From a virus (Duplodnaviria; Caudoviricetes): a stretch of DNA of 64,000 bases. The notes under the pieces were generated by a model. That model had not been told where the DNA came from. It worked only from the letters and a program-made list of their open reading frames with translations, and did not search any database. Below, one piece after another: positions 31,622-41,965 of this stretch; positions within the stretch are counted from its first letter, which is position 1; each line of letters starts with the position of its first letter. The translations under genes and the position numbers were made by a program. The stretch is taken from positions 19,935-83,934 of IMG/VR virus record IMGVR_UViG_3300012956_000016, one strand, 5' to 3'.

Positions 31622-32188
31622 TTAACGTAAAACCTTGGTAACATCCAAGTCTTTAACATTCATTTTTAAAGTTTCTCTTTCGAGATCTGGTGGATTACAT
31701 AGTTCTCCAACCGACTTTAATGTCTCAATCGTTTCTCCTACAAGATCTGCGTAAATACCGTAGTACTTCTCAGGATGTAAAAAGCTTTCAACATAAGCGT
31801 AGCTGGAGTTGTTAACACCAGTGAAATTTTTGATTTTGTTTTTGGTACCGTAACTTAGTTTCGAGTATTTACCGTCTATAAAGTGGTTCCAATCTTGTTT
31901 ATATAGTGAAAAATCAAACACATATATACCTTGGTTATCTTCTACCTGTTTAAAATCATGGAAGAGAGAGTTACCAAAGAGTTTATTTTTTTCAAACATT
32001 CTGAACTCTTCGTCCGAACGTAGATGATATAAGCAAATAAGTTTAGCATCTTCTGGTTTATAAAACCCATCCCAAGAAGAAAATACTTCTATAGGTGTGA
32101 CACTTGATCCTCGCTTAATATCAAGAACAGGATACATAAATATCCTACTCTTCTGTACATAGTCTTTATGCAATGACGTTATCTTCAT
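31622..32188 (-). CDS. Hypothetical protein
   Basis: Start set at MKITSLH (32188), just downstream of the nuclease stop. Confidence 0.7.
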   Translation of the reverse strand: MKITSLHKDYVQKSRIFMYPVLDIKRGSSVTPIEVFSSWDGFYKPEDAKLICLYHLRSDEEFRMFEKNKLFGNSLFHDFKQVEDNQGIYVFDFSLYKQDWNHFIDGKYSKLSYGTKNKIKNFTGVNNSSYAYVESFLHPEKYYGIYADLVGETIETLKSVGELCNPPDLERETLKMNVKDLDVTKVLR

Positions 32189-32198
32189 AATGGTCTGA

Positions 32199-33200
32199 TT
32201 ATAAATATACTTTACCTCGAGCAAAGTCGTATGGTAAGTTATAATCTCGGTTCTCGTAATGGTACAAACCTTGTCTGAGACTGTTGTTCAGTCTTCCTAA
32301 CCATTCTAACATCGTTGATTTACTAACTTCAAACGCGTACACTTGTTGGTTATTATCTATAACAATAAAGTTGAACTTAATAACCCATGAATCGTTAATA
32401 AACTCTTTGAAGAAGTCAAGGACTAATCTAAGGTATACAGCTGCCTGCATCCAGTAATTAAAGACCTCAACAGTATCTTTAAAATCTACTATTGATCTGT
32501 TGGTTGTTTTAAGATCGTTTATGTATATACGTTTGTTATCCGCATCAACTACGATGTTATCTATAATACCTTTCAATCCAAAAGGGAATGCTTTTTCAAG
32601 CTCCATACTTAAGGACATCTCATTATAGATTTTAAAAGTATCGGTTTGTTCTTTACCTCTACCGAGTAACTCAGCTATCTGCTTGTTGCCCAAAAGTAAA
32701 TCTTTACTTCTTAAACAATATTCCAATGTCTCTGCATCGACAATATTCTTGTCTCCCTTCATTTTCAAGAACTCGAAGTAGGAGATGTTTTGTTCTATAA
32801 GAACCTTATCCAGTCTTTGTTCATCAGTCTTTAAACTCTGGTGAAGATTGATCTCTTTAAGGAACTCGATTATGTCCGTTTCGTAATCAGCAAGGCTTTG
32901 CTTGTCAGACTCTAATGTATACAGACTAAACATTTTGTCAACTATTAGTTTGTTGTTACCTTCTGGTAACTTAGTTGGCGACACTACAAAGTAGTCGTTG
33001 AAGTGATTTTCTTCTAACATAAGGCAATGAATCACTTTACCTTGTACTAGATGACTATCCATCCGGTCTTCTCTTTGTAATAATACATAGTGGTTATAAA
33101 AGGAACCTGGAGAATACATCAGTCTCTTTAAGCTTGAGTAACTAAAATATAGTTTCTTAGCGTAGAAACTTTCTTCCATCATGTGTGTTAGATCTTCCAT
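32199..33200 (-). CDS. PD-(D/E)xK exonuclease (Cas4/exonuclease VIII-like)
   Basis: FSYSSLK N-terminus; YNEMSL...KGIIDNIV...INDLKTT; YWMQAAVY. Confidence 0.85.
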   Translation of the reverse strand: MEDLTHMMEESFYAKKLYFSYSSLKRLMYSPGSFYNHYVLLQREDRMDSHLVQGKVIHCLMLEENHFNDYFVVSPTKLPEGNNKLIVDKMFSLYTLESDKQSLADYETDIIEFLKEINLHQSLKTDEQRLDKVLIEQNISYFEFLKMKGDKNIVDAETLEYCLRSKDLLLGNKQIAELLGRGKEQTDTFKIYNEMSLSMELEKAFPFGLKGIIDNIVVDADNKRIYINDLKTTNRSIVDFKDTVEVFNYWMQAAVYLRLVLDFFKEFINDSWVIKFNFIVIDNNQQVYAFEVSKSTMLEWLGRLNNSLRQGLYHYENRDYNLPYDFARGKVYL

Positions 33201-34387
33201 TAAAGGTTAAAATTTGGTTCCCCTAAAGGTACAACTTTTTCAGATAATTCCTCAACAGTTTGCTTAACAAATCCTGCTGTTATCTCTTCTGGCGGGTTCT
33301 GCTCATCATCTTCTTTCAATGCATCAAGCACTGCTTGTGAGAAGCTTATTTGTTCACAAAATAGATGAGTATACCTTAAAGTTGCTGTCATCTCATCTCT
33401 AACAAAAGGAAGTATCAAGTTCAAGTTAGCCCTGGTTAATAACTTCTTTTTTAACAAAGAGTCGATGATGTCATTAAGGTTAAGATGTAAGATCGGTACA
33501 CCAAAGTAAGTAAGCATGGATTTAAAGTTCACATGATCTTTGTTCTTAACGTTATAGATCTTATTACCAAACTCTCGGATAAGTAACATGATATAAACAG
33601 CTGATTCTCTATAGTCTACGTTAGCCATAAAAGCCATCGCTACTTTATGATTCTCTACATCGGGACTATTAAAAGAATCCTTGATAGTTTCGTAGATCTC
33701 TTGATCCATTATAACTCCAGTATTTAACCCGATTAAAATATCATCTTGACCAAAGTACTTACTATTAGGAGCTGTAATCTCTTTCAGTATATCATAAGAA
33801 GCTTCATCTTTAACCTGAATGAAATGACTATCATAACCAACAGGGTTACTATTTTCATCTAAAGGGATGTTAATCATAACACCAAAAGGAGTAGTATTCG
33901 AAGTTAAATCTTCAAATATATCATCAGATACACTAACATATTGGAAGTTCTCATTAACATCTTTCATGTCATGTTTTAACTGAAGAGTACGAGGATCTCC
34001 TAAAGGGAACATGTCCTCAACAAATTTGCTAAAAGTATCCCAAGATATTCTTGCATCACGTTTTAGTACAAACAAATCTTTATAAGACTCTGGTCCCATA
34101 ATGACTACATTTGCTCTGATCTTGAATTTAACAGGAGCTACTTTATGTTTACTGCAGTATTCTTTTAGTTTAAATCGTGGGATGTTACACCCTGGAAAGA
34201 AATAGATCTTATCGTTTGCTTTAGGCTCGTATTTTTTGTCTTTAAAAAGACTTTGGTTTACCTGAATATAAAGATTATCATCAGGATTTTTGCTCACATC
34301 ATAAGTGTTGAACTCATAAGTAAACTTTGGACCATGTGGAGTAGTTTCCACACCAGTAATATGTATCGTTTTTTTAAATTGATCCAT
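33200..34387 (-). CDS. Hypothetical protein with possible BRCT-like region and SxDxEN helical module
   Basis: KIYFFPGCNIPRFKLKEY...ANVVIMG resembles BRCT (weak); SPDVENHKVAM motif shared with two other ORFs. Confidence 0.6.
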   Translation of the reverse strand: MDQFKKTIHITGVETTPHGPKFTYEFNTYDVSKNPDDNLYIQVNQSLFKDKKYEPKANDKIYFFPGCNIPRFKLKEYCSKHKVAPVKFKIRANVVIMGPESYKDLFVLKRDARISWDTFSKFVEDMFPLGDPRTLQLKHDMKDVNENFQYVSVSDDIFEDLTSNTTPFGVMINIPLDENSNPVGYDSHFIQVKDEASYDILKEITAPNSKYFGQDDILIGLNTGVIMDQEIYETIKDSFNSPDVENHKVAMAFMANVDYRESAVYIMLLIREFGNKIYNVKNKDHVNFKSMLTYFGVPILHLNLNDIIDSLLKKKLLTRANLNLILPFVRDEMTATLRYTHLFCEQISFSQAVLDALKEDDEQNPPEEITAGFVKQTVEELSEKVVPLGEPNFNL

Positions 34388-34393
34388 AACAGT

Positions 34394-34424
34394 AAAATAA
34401 AGAGGGAACCGAAGTCCCCTCTTA
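34394..34424 (-). terminator. Intrinsic terminator
   Basis: AAGAGGGGAC-TTCG-GTTCCCTCTT followed by TTATTTT on the minus strand. Confidence 0.8.
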
Positions 34425-34428
34425 GTTA

Positions 34429-35619
34429 TTATTTAACAGACATTTTCATAACCTCTGCATTGGTCATCATCTTTTGGAACTTTTGAGTGTTCGCGTTGTA
34501 GATCTTTTTAACAAGTAAGTACATGATATCATTCGAGAAGATCTCAGGATCAGTACAGAATCTGATTAAACGTTTAGACATATCATCAGTTACCGGATGA
34601 TTTTCTGTGTAGTTGATAGTGTAGTTGATTAAACGAGTAGCTAATGTGCTCGCAATATCAGCTCTGAACTTATCACCACGTCCAATAGAGTTTCTCAACT
34701 CACCAACAATGTAAGCTTCATTCTCATGAAGTAACATATCTCTTGGGCTTGTCAACTTATCTAACTTGTTATTGATAAACAAGGTAAACATAGTTGCAAA
34801 GTTAGGACCTACACTTCCTTCTCCGATCATTTGGATTAAACCCAACTGAGCATCAAAGTCAGGGATAGAACTGATAGAGTTAAAGAAAGTCATTACACTT
34901 CTCGGATTCACATCGCGTGTAATAACTTCTGGATGTAATAACAAAAAGTTAATACATCTACTATCTACTCCTACTTTCTCAGCCCAACGAGCCCATACTT
35001 CTACATTAAACTTAAATCTAACACTTGCAAAACGAGTTTTTTGTGCTGGATCTAATGCAGTTACAGAATAGTTACCATCATCAGGATTAGTTGTAAGAAT
35101 GATATGCCAATCAGGAGGTAATTTCCAAGACATATACTGTTGAGTTTCTATCAAGGTCATGGTTGCTTGCATGAACCTTGCATCAGCTCTGGTGTAATCA
35201 TCTAATAATAAGATACCACCTTTAGTTCTACCTTGAATGAACTCTGGAGCAGCATGTGACATTCGTCTTTCACCTGTAGGGTTATAACCATTTGTGATAT
35301 GCTGAGGAATACTATTCTCAGTAACCCACATATAGTTTGTTCCGTTTGTAACTTCATACTCTTTTAAAGGAAATCCTACTAAGTCACCAAGTTCTTCGAT
35401 TTGTGCAAGATTAATCCTGCAAATATCTAAACCTAATTCTTTAGCAAGTTGCTCTACGGCAGAAGTTTTACCTATCCCGGCTTCTCCTTCTATATTTACA
35501 CATACAGGTACTGCACCTTTAGCTTGTAATGCTCTGTTATTGTTTACAATATGTATTAAAAACTCTTTTAATTCTTCAGCATGTAATTCTACTTGTACTT
35601 TTGCTTCTTTAGTCGCCAT
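34429..35619 (-). CDS. MoxR-like AAA+ ATPase 2
   Basis: GEAGIGKT, EELGDLVGFP, LLLDDYTRA, LTTNP, DPAQKTRF. Confidence 0.88.
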   Translation of the reverse strand: MATKEAKVQVELHAEELKEFLIHIVNNNRALQAKGAVPVCVNIEGEAGIGKTSAVEQLAKELGLDICRINLAQIEELGDLVGFPLKEYEVTNGTNYMWVTENSIPQHITNGYNPTGERRMSHAAPEFIQGRTKGGILLLDDYTRADARFMQATMTLIETQQYMSWKLPPDWHIILTTNPDDGNYSVTALDPAQKTRFASVRFKFNVEVWARWAEKVGVDSRCINFLLLHPEVITRDVNPRSVMTFFNSISSIPDFDAQLGLIQMIGEGSVGPNFATMFTLFINNKLDKLTSPRDMLLHENEAYIVGELRNSIGRGDKFRADIASTLATRLINYTINYTENHPVTDDMSKRLIRFCTDPEIFSNDIMYLLVKKIYNANTQKFQKMMTNAEVMKMSVK

Positions 35620-35628
35620 GTTTTAATG

Positions 35629-36867
35629 TTAATTTAGTTTTATCTGGAAGCCCTCCAGTTCGGGATTTTCTCTTGATTGTGATGACATAACCCATAATAC
35701 AGGTCCTCGGCATTTATCAGGTGCCGGTGCTTCCCCATCAGTAAGATAGATGAGACAGTTATACTTATTATGATTTTCGTCATAGTAATCGGTAACAGGA
35801 TGGAAGCTTGTACCTCCACGACCGTGGATCTCAAAGTCAAGCTTTGGATCAAACTTACCGATATAACTAATAGAACTATCACACTGTATAATAGTTACTT
35901 CAGTACCTGTTCTATGAATATGGGTGATTTCACTTAAGAACTCAACTAATTCATTAGTGCTTACAGATCCTGATGTATCTACTGCAACAAGTATTCTTCT
36001 TTTAGGTTTTATCTTAAGACCTGGATTCTCTTCAAATCTTACGTTAAGTTTCTTACGAGACTTTTTAGTAAAGACATTGTTAGAACCTCCAGCAAATCTT
36101 CTTAAGAAAGCTCTCCAGTTAAACTTAGGTTCTTCAAGCTCTTCAATTCGCTTAAGAATTTCAGCTAGTTCTCCTGGTACAGTTCCTCTACTTTTTACTA
36201 CTTGATCTGCTACAGCTTTGATAACATGTTCTGCTTGTGCTTTAACTAACTTCTGAGTTGCCTCATCCATATCTTTAAAGTCTTTCCAAGTAGAGTGATC
36301 AGGAGCTTGGGTAGGATCAACAGTTCCTCCTGGACCTTGTAAGTCAACCATTACTGGTTTTCCTCCTTGTCCAGGTTGACCCATACCTTGCATAGCTTGA
36401 AGCATTGCATTTAAGTTAGGACAGTTACCTTTCTGTTTACCTTGCTGAAGCTTCTCGTAGTAATAAAGAGTACCTTTCTTTGGTTCGAGTTTTAACTCGG
36501 GGTAGGAAGAAGGTAATTGGGGTCCTGGTGGTAAATACTTAGGATCAATGTACTGATTTATCTCTATATCCATGGCAATGTTTGCAATATCATGGTCGCT
36601 TAGGTGATTAAAGTCAGTAACATGAAAGAAAGCAATATGTAATAACTCATGCTTCAGTAACCCTCTATGTTGTAATGGTCCAAGACTATTCCAAAACTCC
36701 TCGTTAATATCCAACTGATAGTTAATACCATTAGAAGATACTCCGGCAGTAGGAACTCTTGAACTCCATACTTTGTTCAACATAATGAGGAACAAACCAT
36801 AGAAAGGTTCTGCAAGCATAAGGTCTTTTGAAGCTTTCGCTAAAGCCTCTGATTTATTTGGTAGCAT
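35629..36867 (-). CDS. DUF2201-like metallopeptidase-VWA fusion (partner of AAA 2)
   Basis: PTAGV, KHELLH (HExxH), NIAMDIEIN; C-terminal VDTSGSV, GRGGTSF, YLTDGEA. Confidence 0.85.
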   Translation of the reverse strand: MLPNKSEALAKASKDLMLAEPFYGLFLIMLNKVWSSRVPTAGVSSNGINYQLDINEEFWNSLGPLQHRGLLKHELLHIAFFHVTDFNHLSDHDIANIAMDIEINQYIDPKYLPPGPQLPSSYPELKLEPKKGTLYYYEKLQQGKQKGNCPNLNAMLQAMQGMGQPGQGGKPVMVDLQGPGGTVDPTQAPDHSTWKDFKDMDEATQKLVKAQAEHVIKAVADQVVKSRGTVPGELAEILKRIEELEEPKFNWRAFLRRFAGGSNNVFTKKSRKKLNVRFEENPGLKIKPKRRILVAVDTSGSVSTNELVEFLSEITHIHRTGTEVTIIQCDSSISYIGKFDPKLDFEIHGRGGTSFHPVTDYYDENHNKYNCLIYLTDGEAPAPDKCRGPVLWVMSSQSRENPELEGFQIKLN

Positions 36868-37297
36868 TTGCTCCTTCTTTTACGTTTAACTTGATTTCGA
36901 TACCTTCAACAAAGTCGTACCCCATGTCTTTAACAGACTTGAATACATACTCTCCGAAGTAATCCAGAAAGAACTGGATATCTTTCTCAGGAGCCTTTTG
37001 TGCACCTAAGATTTTTAGGATCTGTTTGTACTGACAAACTTTGTCAGGATCAGCTCCTATAGTTTTTAAGAACTTGTAAGCTTCTGGAGCTTGTTTCTTC
37101 CAGGTTTCCCCGTTCGGTTTACAGATCTTTTTAAGTAATAAGATATAAACTAAACTAGCTTTTCTATTACAGTTTTCTATAACAGCAAGTGCTACATTTA
37201 CATTCTCTTGATCTGTTGAATCAAGCATACCTCTTACATTAGCAAATGTGCTTGCATCAAGCACCAATTTTTCTGATTCTTTTACTTCGTTTTCCAT
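36854..37297 (-). CDS. Hypothetical protein with SxDxEN helical module
   Basis: MLDSTDQENVNVAL; start set at MENEVK (37297), the track start 37363 overlaps RuvC. Confidence 0.65.
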   Translation of the reverse strand: MENEVKESEKLVLDASTFANVRGMLDSTDQENVNVALAVIENCNRKASLVYILLLKKICKPNGETWKKQAPEAYKFLKTIGADPDKVCQYKQILKILGAQKAPEKDIQFFLDYFGEYVFKSVKDMGYDFVEGIEIKLNVKEGANATK

Positions 37298-37326
37298 ATG
37301 ATTTTTTAGTTTTTCCGGGAATATCC

Positions 37327-37773
37327 CTAATGATATAATGATTTTGAGAGGTCGTAGATCCACATAGCATCAGCTTCGTTATCATCCTCTGTTGTTAACC
37401 CAAGTTTATCTTGGGCTGCTTTAACCATTGCTGGTTTGCCGGCGTTTCCTTTACCGGTTGCATGAACTTTAATCTCTTTAGCAGAGAAAGCTCTGTACTC
37501 AATTTTATGTTCTTCACAGAAGATCTTCAGTACACCATGTAGTTCAGCTTGAACTATTAATGCACTCTTATGATGACCAGCTGTTCTTTCAAAAGTTATG
37601 AGTTCTATATTTTCAAGTTTTACTATCTCAGATAGTTTACTCTTGAACCTAATCAATCTCATACCTGATGATTCATCTTTCTTAATGGAGAAGTCCCATG
37701 CACCATGTGCTGTTTCAGTGCACCATCCGCAATGGGTTGCTACATCAAGAGAAAGAATGTTGAGTTTGCTCAT
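37327..37773 (-). CDS. RuvC-like Holliday junction resolvase
   Basis: LSLDVATHCGW, ITFER, KVHATGKGNAGK, DNEADA. Confidence 0.85.
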   Translation of the reverse strand: MSKLNILSLDVATHCGWCTETAHGAWDFSIKKDESSGMRLIRFKSKLSEIVKLENIELITFERTAGHHKSALIVQAELHGVLKIFCEEHKIEYRAFSAKEIKVHATGKGNAGKPAMVKAAQDKLGLTTEDDNEADAMWIYDLSKSLYH

Positions 37774-38768
37774 GTTGTTGTATTAAGTGTTGCTTTTAAA
37801 AGAGGTGTTATACCTTCTCTAACTTTGTACAATCCGTGTTTTTCTCCAGCATCAGATAAATCTTTAGCCATAGTAAATAACACAGGTGGTAAGTTATATT
37901 TTTCTTTGTACTTAGCCATACATTTTATACCAGCTTCATCATTATCAAACAATACACAAGTACCTTTATACTTAGGTAACAAGTACTGCATGATATGATC
38001 TGGTATTAAAACATTCTCACTATCTGGAGCTATTGCTTCAGCATTTTTAAATCCTAGTTTCTTAAAGAACATAAGATCTTTTAGTGAGCTACATATTACT
38101 AAGTACGGTACTTTCATAGTAAGTTGATCAAGACCTTGGACATAGTCACGGACTTTGATAAACTTATTATCTTTAACATAAGGTTGATATATCTTATAAA
38201 GAGTTCCATCTTTTCGAAAGAACCCGTAGATATTTCTACCATTAATGACAAGTTCTTGTTCAACTCCTTCTATCTCCTTCGTCATTGTATATGATGAAAG
38301 TGGAAACACAAAGTGTTCCTCAAGAAGAGCTGATCCAATATAGAACCTATTCCAAAATTTTTGATCATGTACCATCCAAGAACGTTTCTCAAACTTCGAT
38401 ACTTTGTACCTTGTTTGAACCTTAAACTCTCTTAAGCTATAATCTTCTTTATTGCCTGAAAGAGTGTATTGGTTATAATCCTGAATGATCTTATGAGCAC
38501 TTTCGCCTCGGGAAGTAAGCTTAAACATATGTTGTATTAAAGTAACACCATCTCCAGCATATCCAGAAGAAAAACATTTAAACCGATAAGAAGCTACAGG
38601 TTTACTGTAATATATACATAATGAAGGTACCTTGTCATCAGACTTAAACACAGACTTGATTTTCTCATCTTGTCCAGTAAGCTTTACAGGTAACTTTAGA
38701 TAGTACTCGAATACCCATTCCCTAGGGATCTCATCGAGTGATGATACTAATAATTTTGTTCGTAACAT
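37770..38768 (-). CDS. DNA primase (DnaG-like TOPRIM, crAss type)
   Basis: DDKVPSL...FKCFSSG..GD; ICSSLKD; APDSEN; FDNDEAG; KDLSD. Confidence 0.85.
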   Translation of the reverse strand: MLRTKLLVSSLDEIPREWVFEYYLKLPVKLTGQDEKIKSVFKSDDKVPSLCIYYSKPVASYRFKCFSSGYAGDGVTLIQHMFKLTSRGESAHKIIQDYNQYTLSGNKEDYSLREFKVQTRYKVSKFEKRSWMVHDQKFWNRFYIGSALLEEHFVFPLSSYTMTKEIEGVEQELVINGRNIYGFFRKDGTLYKIYQPYVKDNKFIKVRDYVQGLDQLTMKVPYLVICSSLKDLMFFKKLGFKNAEAIAPDSENVLIPDHIMQYLLPKYKGTCVLFDNDEAGIKCMAKYKEKYNLPPVLFTMAKDLSDAGEKHGLYKVREGITPLLKATLNTTT

Positions 38769-38780
38769 AAATTTAAGGAT

Positions 38781-38809
38781 AAAAAGAGGGAAGATTACTC
38801 CTCCCTCTT
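38781..38809 (-). terminator. Intrinsic terminator
   Basis: AAGAGGGA/TCCCTCTT stem followed by a T-tract on the minus strand. Confidence 0.75.
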
Positions 38810-38822
38810 AGATAGTTTGTTA

Positions 38823-39521
38823 TTAAAGCTGAAAACTATTGTCTTCAGGTTTTGATGTTCCAGCAGGATCTGCTGATTCTCCACTGCTAAAGTTACTAAC
38901 AGCCTCACCCTTGATAGGAATGATGTGTTCTGCAGGACTAAAGATAGCAAGCTTAGAAGCTTTTGTACCTTCTAATTCGTATGGTTGACTTACCTTTGTG
39001 AACTTAGGTAAGAACAACTCGTACGCTTTGTACTGTTGCTTGTTCATGTACTCTTTACCAGAGATACAAAAATCCATATAGATATCTTTGAATGGTTGAG
39101 TGTTGTTGAACGCTTCAAATAAAGACTCAATAGTAGAGTGTTTATTATCTTCATCATCAAACCATTTAATAGCTACAGGACCTAATCCTTCACATAATCT
39201 TTTTAAGTCTTTCAACATTTCTGTATCGCGACTGATAGGAACATGTGTTTTTGTTTCGCCGTCTTTGTAAGCCCATTGGCTTAACTTTACTTTACCAACT
39301 TGTCCTAAGTGGCGACCTTGTGACTGATCTGCAGGATTAATCCAGAAACCTTCGAAACCATCTCCCATAGGTTTAGTTTCTAAGTTAAGGATAACCTCAT
39401 ATCCACCCATTACTAAAGTAAATGGTTTTAAAGTTACGCTTGTGATTTTACAAGTTACGTTACCTGGTTCAATAGTTTTAGAACCCTTACTTGCTGTTGT
39501 TACATTTTTTGTACCGATCAT
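38823..39521 (-). CDS. Probable ssDNA-binding/recombination accessory protein
   Basis: beta-rich core with acidic/flexible C-tail, adjacent to the Sak4-like ATPase and primase; function inferred. Confidence 0.5.
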   Translation of the reverse strand: MIGTKNVTTASKGSKTIEPGNVTCKITSVTLKPFTLVMGGYEVILNLETKPMGDGFEGFWINPADQSQGRHLGQVGKVKLSQWAYKDGETKTHVPISRDTEMLKDLKRLCEGLGPVAIKWFDDEDNKHSTIESLFEAFNNTQPFKDIYMDFCISGKEYMNKQQYKAYELFLPKFTKVSQPYELEGTKASKLAIFSPAEHIIPIKGEAVSNFSSGESADPAGTSKPEDNSFQL

Positions 39522-39532
39522 ACCTTTGTTTT

Positions 39533-40339
39533 TTATTTTGTGATTTTGTCAATGAATACTTGATCCCAGTGAGTTACAACTTTACCTTCTATCATTTCTG
39601 ATATAACGATTTCTGCATTTCTTAAGTGGTCTGGTCTTGCTCCACAAGATACTTCATCTGTGGTTTTAAAACTTAAGATATTTTGAGTACCTTTTCTGTA
39701 AAGGTAACCTATTGCATCTGATTGCGCACTCGTAGTTCTCTTGATCTTCCCTGTTAAGTCGAGGTCAAGTGAGCTGAACTCAGCACCTGCTTTCTCTAAT
39801 AACACATCTTTAACGTGACATGATAGTATGATCTTTGGTGCTAATGTTTTGATGTAGTCTATCATCTTAGAAAATGCTTCTCTAAGATATAAATATCCTC
39901 CACCATTTGGTAATCCCACAATACTACCGTAAATTGCTTTACCAGAGTCTACTGTATAGTTACCTTGAGCATCTTTTTTAAACCAGTTCTTACCCATTGA
40001 TGTACGGGAATAAAGGTTCTCTGCAAACGGTATACACATTTCTTCTAAAGCAGTTCCAGTATCTATGACGATTCCATCATAAGGTCTTCCGGCTTTTTTG
40101 ATTTCTTCTCCAATAGCTTTCAATTCTTGAACACTACTAGCTTGCATTTTTAATGCACTTACAAACCTGGATCCATTTTCTAAATCCAGAATCAACCAAT
40201 TAGGGAGTTCCGCAAATAATGTTGTTTTACCTACCTTCGGTTTAGAGAAGATGATCAACATATCCGGGCTCACTGATGTGGGTGCTATTTTTTGTGTCGG
40301 TAAAACGACTTTGTTTTCTTCTTTTACTATTTCAGACAT
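39533..40339 (-). CDS. AAA_24/Sak4-like ssDNA-annealing ATPase
   Basis: FSKPKVGKTT, LDLENGS, IVIDT, ILSCHVKD, CGARP; start set at MSEIVKE (TAATG overlap). Confidence 0.8.
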   Translation of the reverse strand: MSEIVKEENKVVLPTQKIAPTSVSPDMLIIFSKPKVGKTTLFAELPNWLILDLENGSRFVSALKMQASSVQELKAIGEEIKKAGRPYDGIVIDTGTALEEMCIPFAENLYSRTSMGKNWFKKDAQGNYTVDSGKAIYGSIVGLPNGGGYLYLREAFSKMIDYIKTLAPKIILSCHVKDVLLEKAGAEFSSLDLDLTGKIKRTTSAQSDAIGYLYRKGTQNILSFKTTDEVSCGARPDHLRNAEIVISEMIEGKVVTHWDQVFIDKITK

Positions 40340-40920
40340 TAGGAGCTTATTAATTCGTTTAACCACTGTTTCTGACTGCAAGGTTTCTTCAACATAATTG
40401 CAGCATAATCTCGTATCGTCATATCCCTAATAGGTAAATCCAAACTTTCATTACTAAGTATAAACTCAGGAGCTTGTTCATTTTTACCAACATTGGTAGT
40501 CGATATTAGAGTCTCTTTCTTTTCTTCTTTAAGTTCTTCCTTTTTTTGCTGTGGTGTTATAACTTCTAATTCACTTATAGGAATTAGATACCTCCTTGTA
40601 CTAGTATTCTCACCTTCTTTATCAGTATTTACATACTCTTCTTCATAGTGAGGATTCCATCTCCATCTGTACAGAGCTCTTTCTTCATACTTTAAAAGAT
40701 TATCACGATGAGCAAACTCAAAATAGATATCTTGACCCATATTCATCTCACTAGTAAATACTCCAACACATGATTCGTTGGGATTATTAGGTAAAGGAAA
40801 ATCAGTCTTAAGTAAAAAGTATGCATTAGATACTCCTAATGTGTTAAATGTCGGCTGATGATATTCACGAGCCTTTTTCAATCGTTCCCTTTTAAGTTCA
40901 GGAGTTACTTGTTGTTCCAT
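40339..40920 (-). CDS. Hypothetical protein
   Basis: 193-aa ORF with C-terminal MTIRDYAAI motif common in phages. Confidence 0.75.
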   Translation of the reverse strand: MEQQVTPELKRERLKKAREYHQPTFNTLGVSNAYFLLKTDFPLPNNPNESCVGVFTSEMNMGQDIYFEFAHRDNLLKYEERALYRWRWNPHYEEEYVNTDKEGENTSTRRYLIPISELEVITPQQKKEELKEEKKETLISTTNVGKNEQAPEFILSNESLDLPIRDMTIRDYAAIMLKKPCSQKQWLNELISS

Positions 40921-40921
40921 G

Positions 40922-41917
40922 TTATGATGCTTTTATTCTTCTTTCTTGAGTAGGCGGTGGTGTATGCATTTCAGATACACTCATCGTTTCGAACTCCGTT
41001 TTAAAGAAACTCATTCTTGTATCACCATTTCTACATTTTAAGAAGTGCCAAACCATAGTTCTTTCATCTTCTATAATGTAACGGTCTGGACCGTAGAACT
41101 TAATCTTCTGTTTACCGGGTCTGTTTAATCCTATTACCATGTCAGCATGTTGTAGCAATGCATCTCCACCAAAGATATCAGATTCAAGAATATAGTTACT
41201 ATATCTTCCGTCTTCTTGTCTTTCTGGGTTATCTACATTTCTATTTAACTGACTTAGTATGATAAACATAATCGGATACTTTCGTTTTAACGCTGTAATA
41301 GCTTTACCTAAGTTGTAAAGCATTTCAGTATTATCTTTCTCTGTCTTTTGATCCCTTTGTAATAATAGAGAATGGTCAAGAGTAACCATTGTGTTGATGT
41401 ATGTCTTAACACCTTTATCATCTGTTGTTGCATGGGCTTCCATGTAATCCGAGATAATCTTTTTAAAGCCTTCAACTGTAGGAGCATCTTCAACTATATC
41501 AATAGGAAATTGAACTCTTCCTTTTGCATAGTTATGGCATCTTTCAATATCGGCAGTGGATATAATTCCATCAGCACTACAAAGTTGTTTGTAGGTTTTT
41601 CCTACAACGTTTGAGTACTCTCTAATCGCAGATACTTCTCCTCTCATTTCTAGTTGAAACTCAAGAACTCGCATAGTTATTCCCGGATTCAAAGGGAACA
41701 AGTTACGAACTATCATATCTTTGATCAGTGTTTTACCTGAACCAGGTCTTCCTGCTATAACAATCATGCTATGCCAATCAAGTCCTCCGGTTCCAGCATC
41801 ATCTAATTTAAGCCATGGAGTTTTTATACTCTTAATATAGCCTAATCTCCTTTTTTCCAGGTATTGTAAAGCTAGTTGAAAAGCTTCGTTTTGTTTCTTC
41901 CACGCTGGTTTTAACAT
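40922..41917 (-). CDS. dnaB: DnaB-like replicative helicase
   Basis: AGRPGSGKT, LDH, LSQLNR, DALLQHAD, KCRNG. Confidence 0.9.
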   Translation of the reverse strand: MLKPAWKKQNEAFQLALQYLEKRRLGYIKSIKTPWLKLDDAGTGGLDWHSMIVIAGRPGSGKTLIKDMIVRNLFPLNPGITMRVLEFQLEMRGEVSAIREYSNVVGKTYKQLCSADGIISTADIERCHNYAKGRVQFPIDIVEDAPTVEGFKKIISDYMEAHATTDDKGVKTYINTMVTLDHSLLLQRDQKTEKDNTEMLYNLGKAITALKRKYPIMFIILSQLNRNVDNPERQEDGRYSNYILESDIFGGDALLQHADMVIGLNRPGKQKIKFYGPDRYIIEDERTMVWHFLKCRNGDTRMSFFKTEFETMSVSEMHTPPPTQERRIKAS

Positions 41918-41942
41918 AGGTGATTTTTTAAAAGTAGGGTAA

Positions 41943-41950
41943 CAAATATA
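41943..41950 (-). promoter_or_regulatory. Bacteroidota-type -7 promoter element
   Basis: TATATTTG (TAnnTTTG) 26 nt upstream of the dnaB start; no clear -33 TTTG. Confidence 0.45.
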
Positions 41951-41965
41951 GGAAAATATTCCATA

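Noticed and set aside
28609-41917. Inteins or introns in PolB, primase or DnaB
   Set aside because: Proteins are of normal length with contiguous motifs; no C1/His-Asn splice junctions noticed
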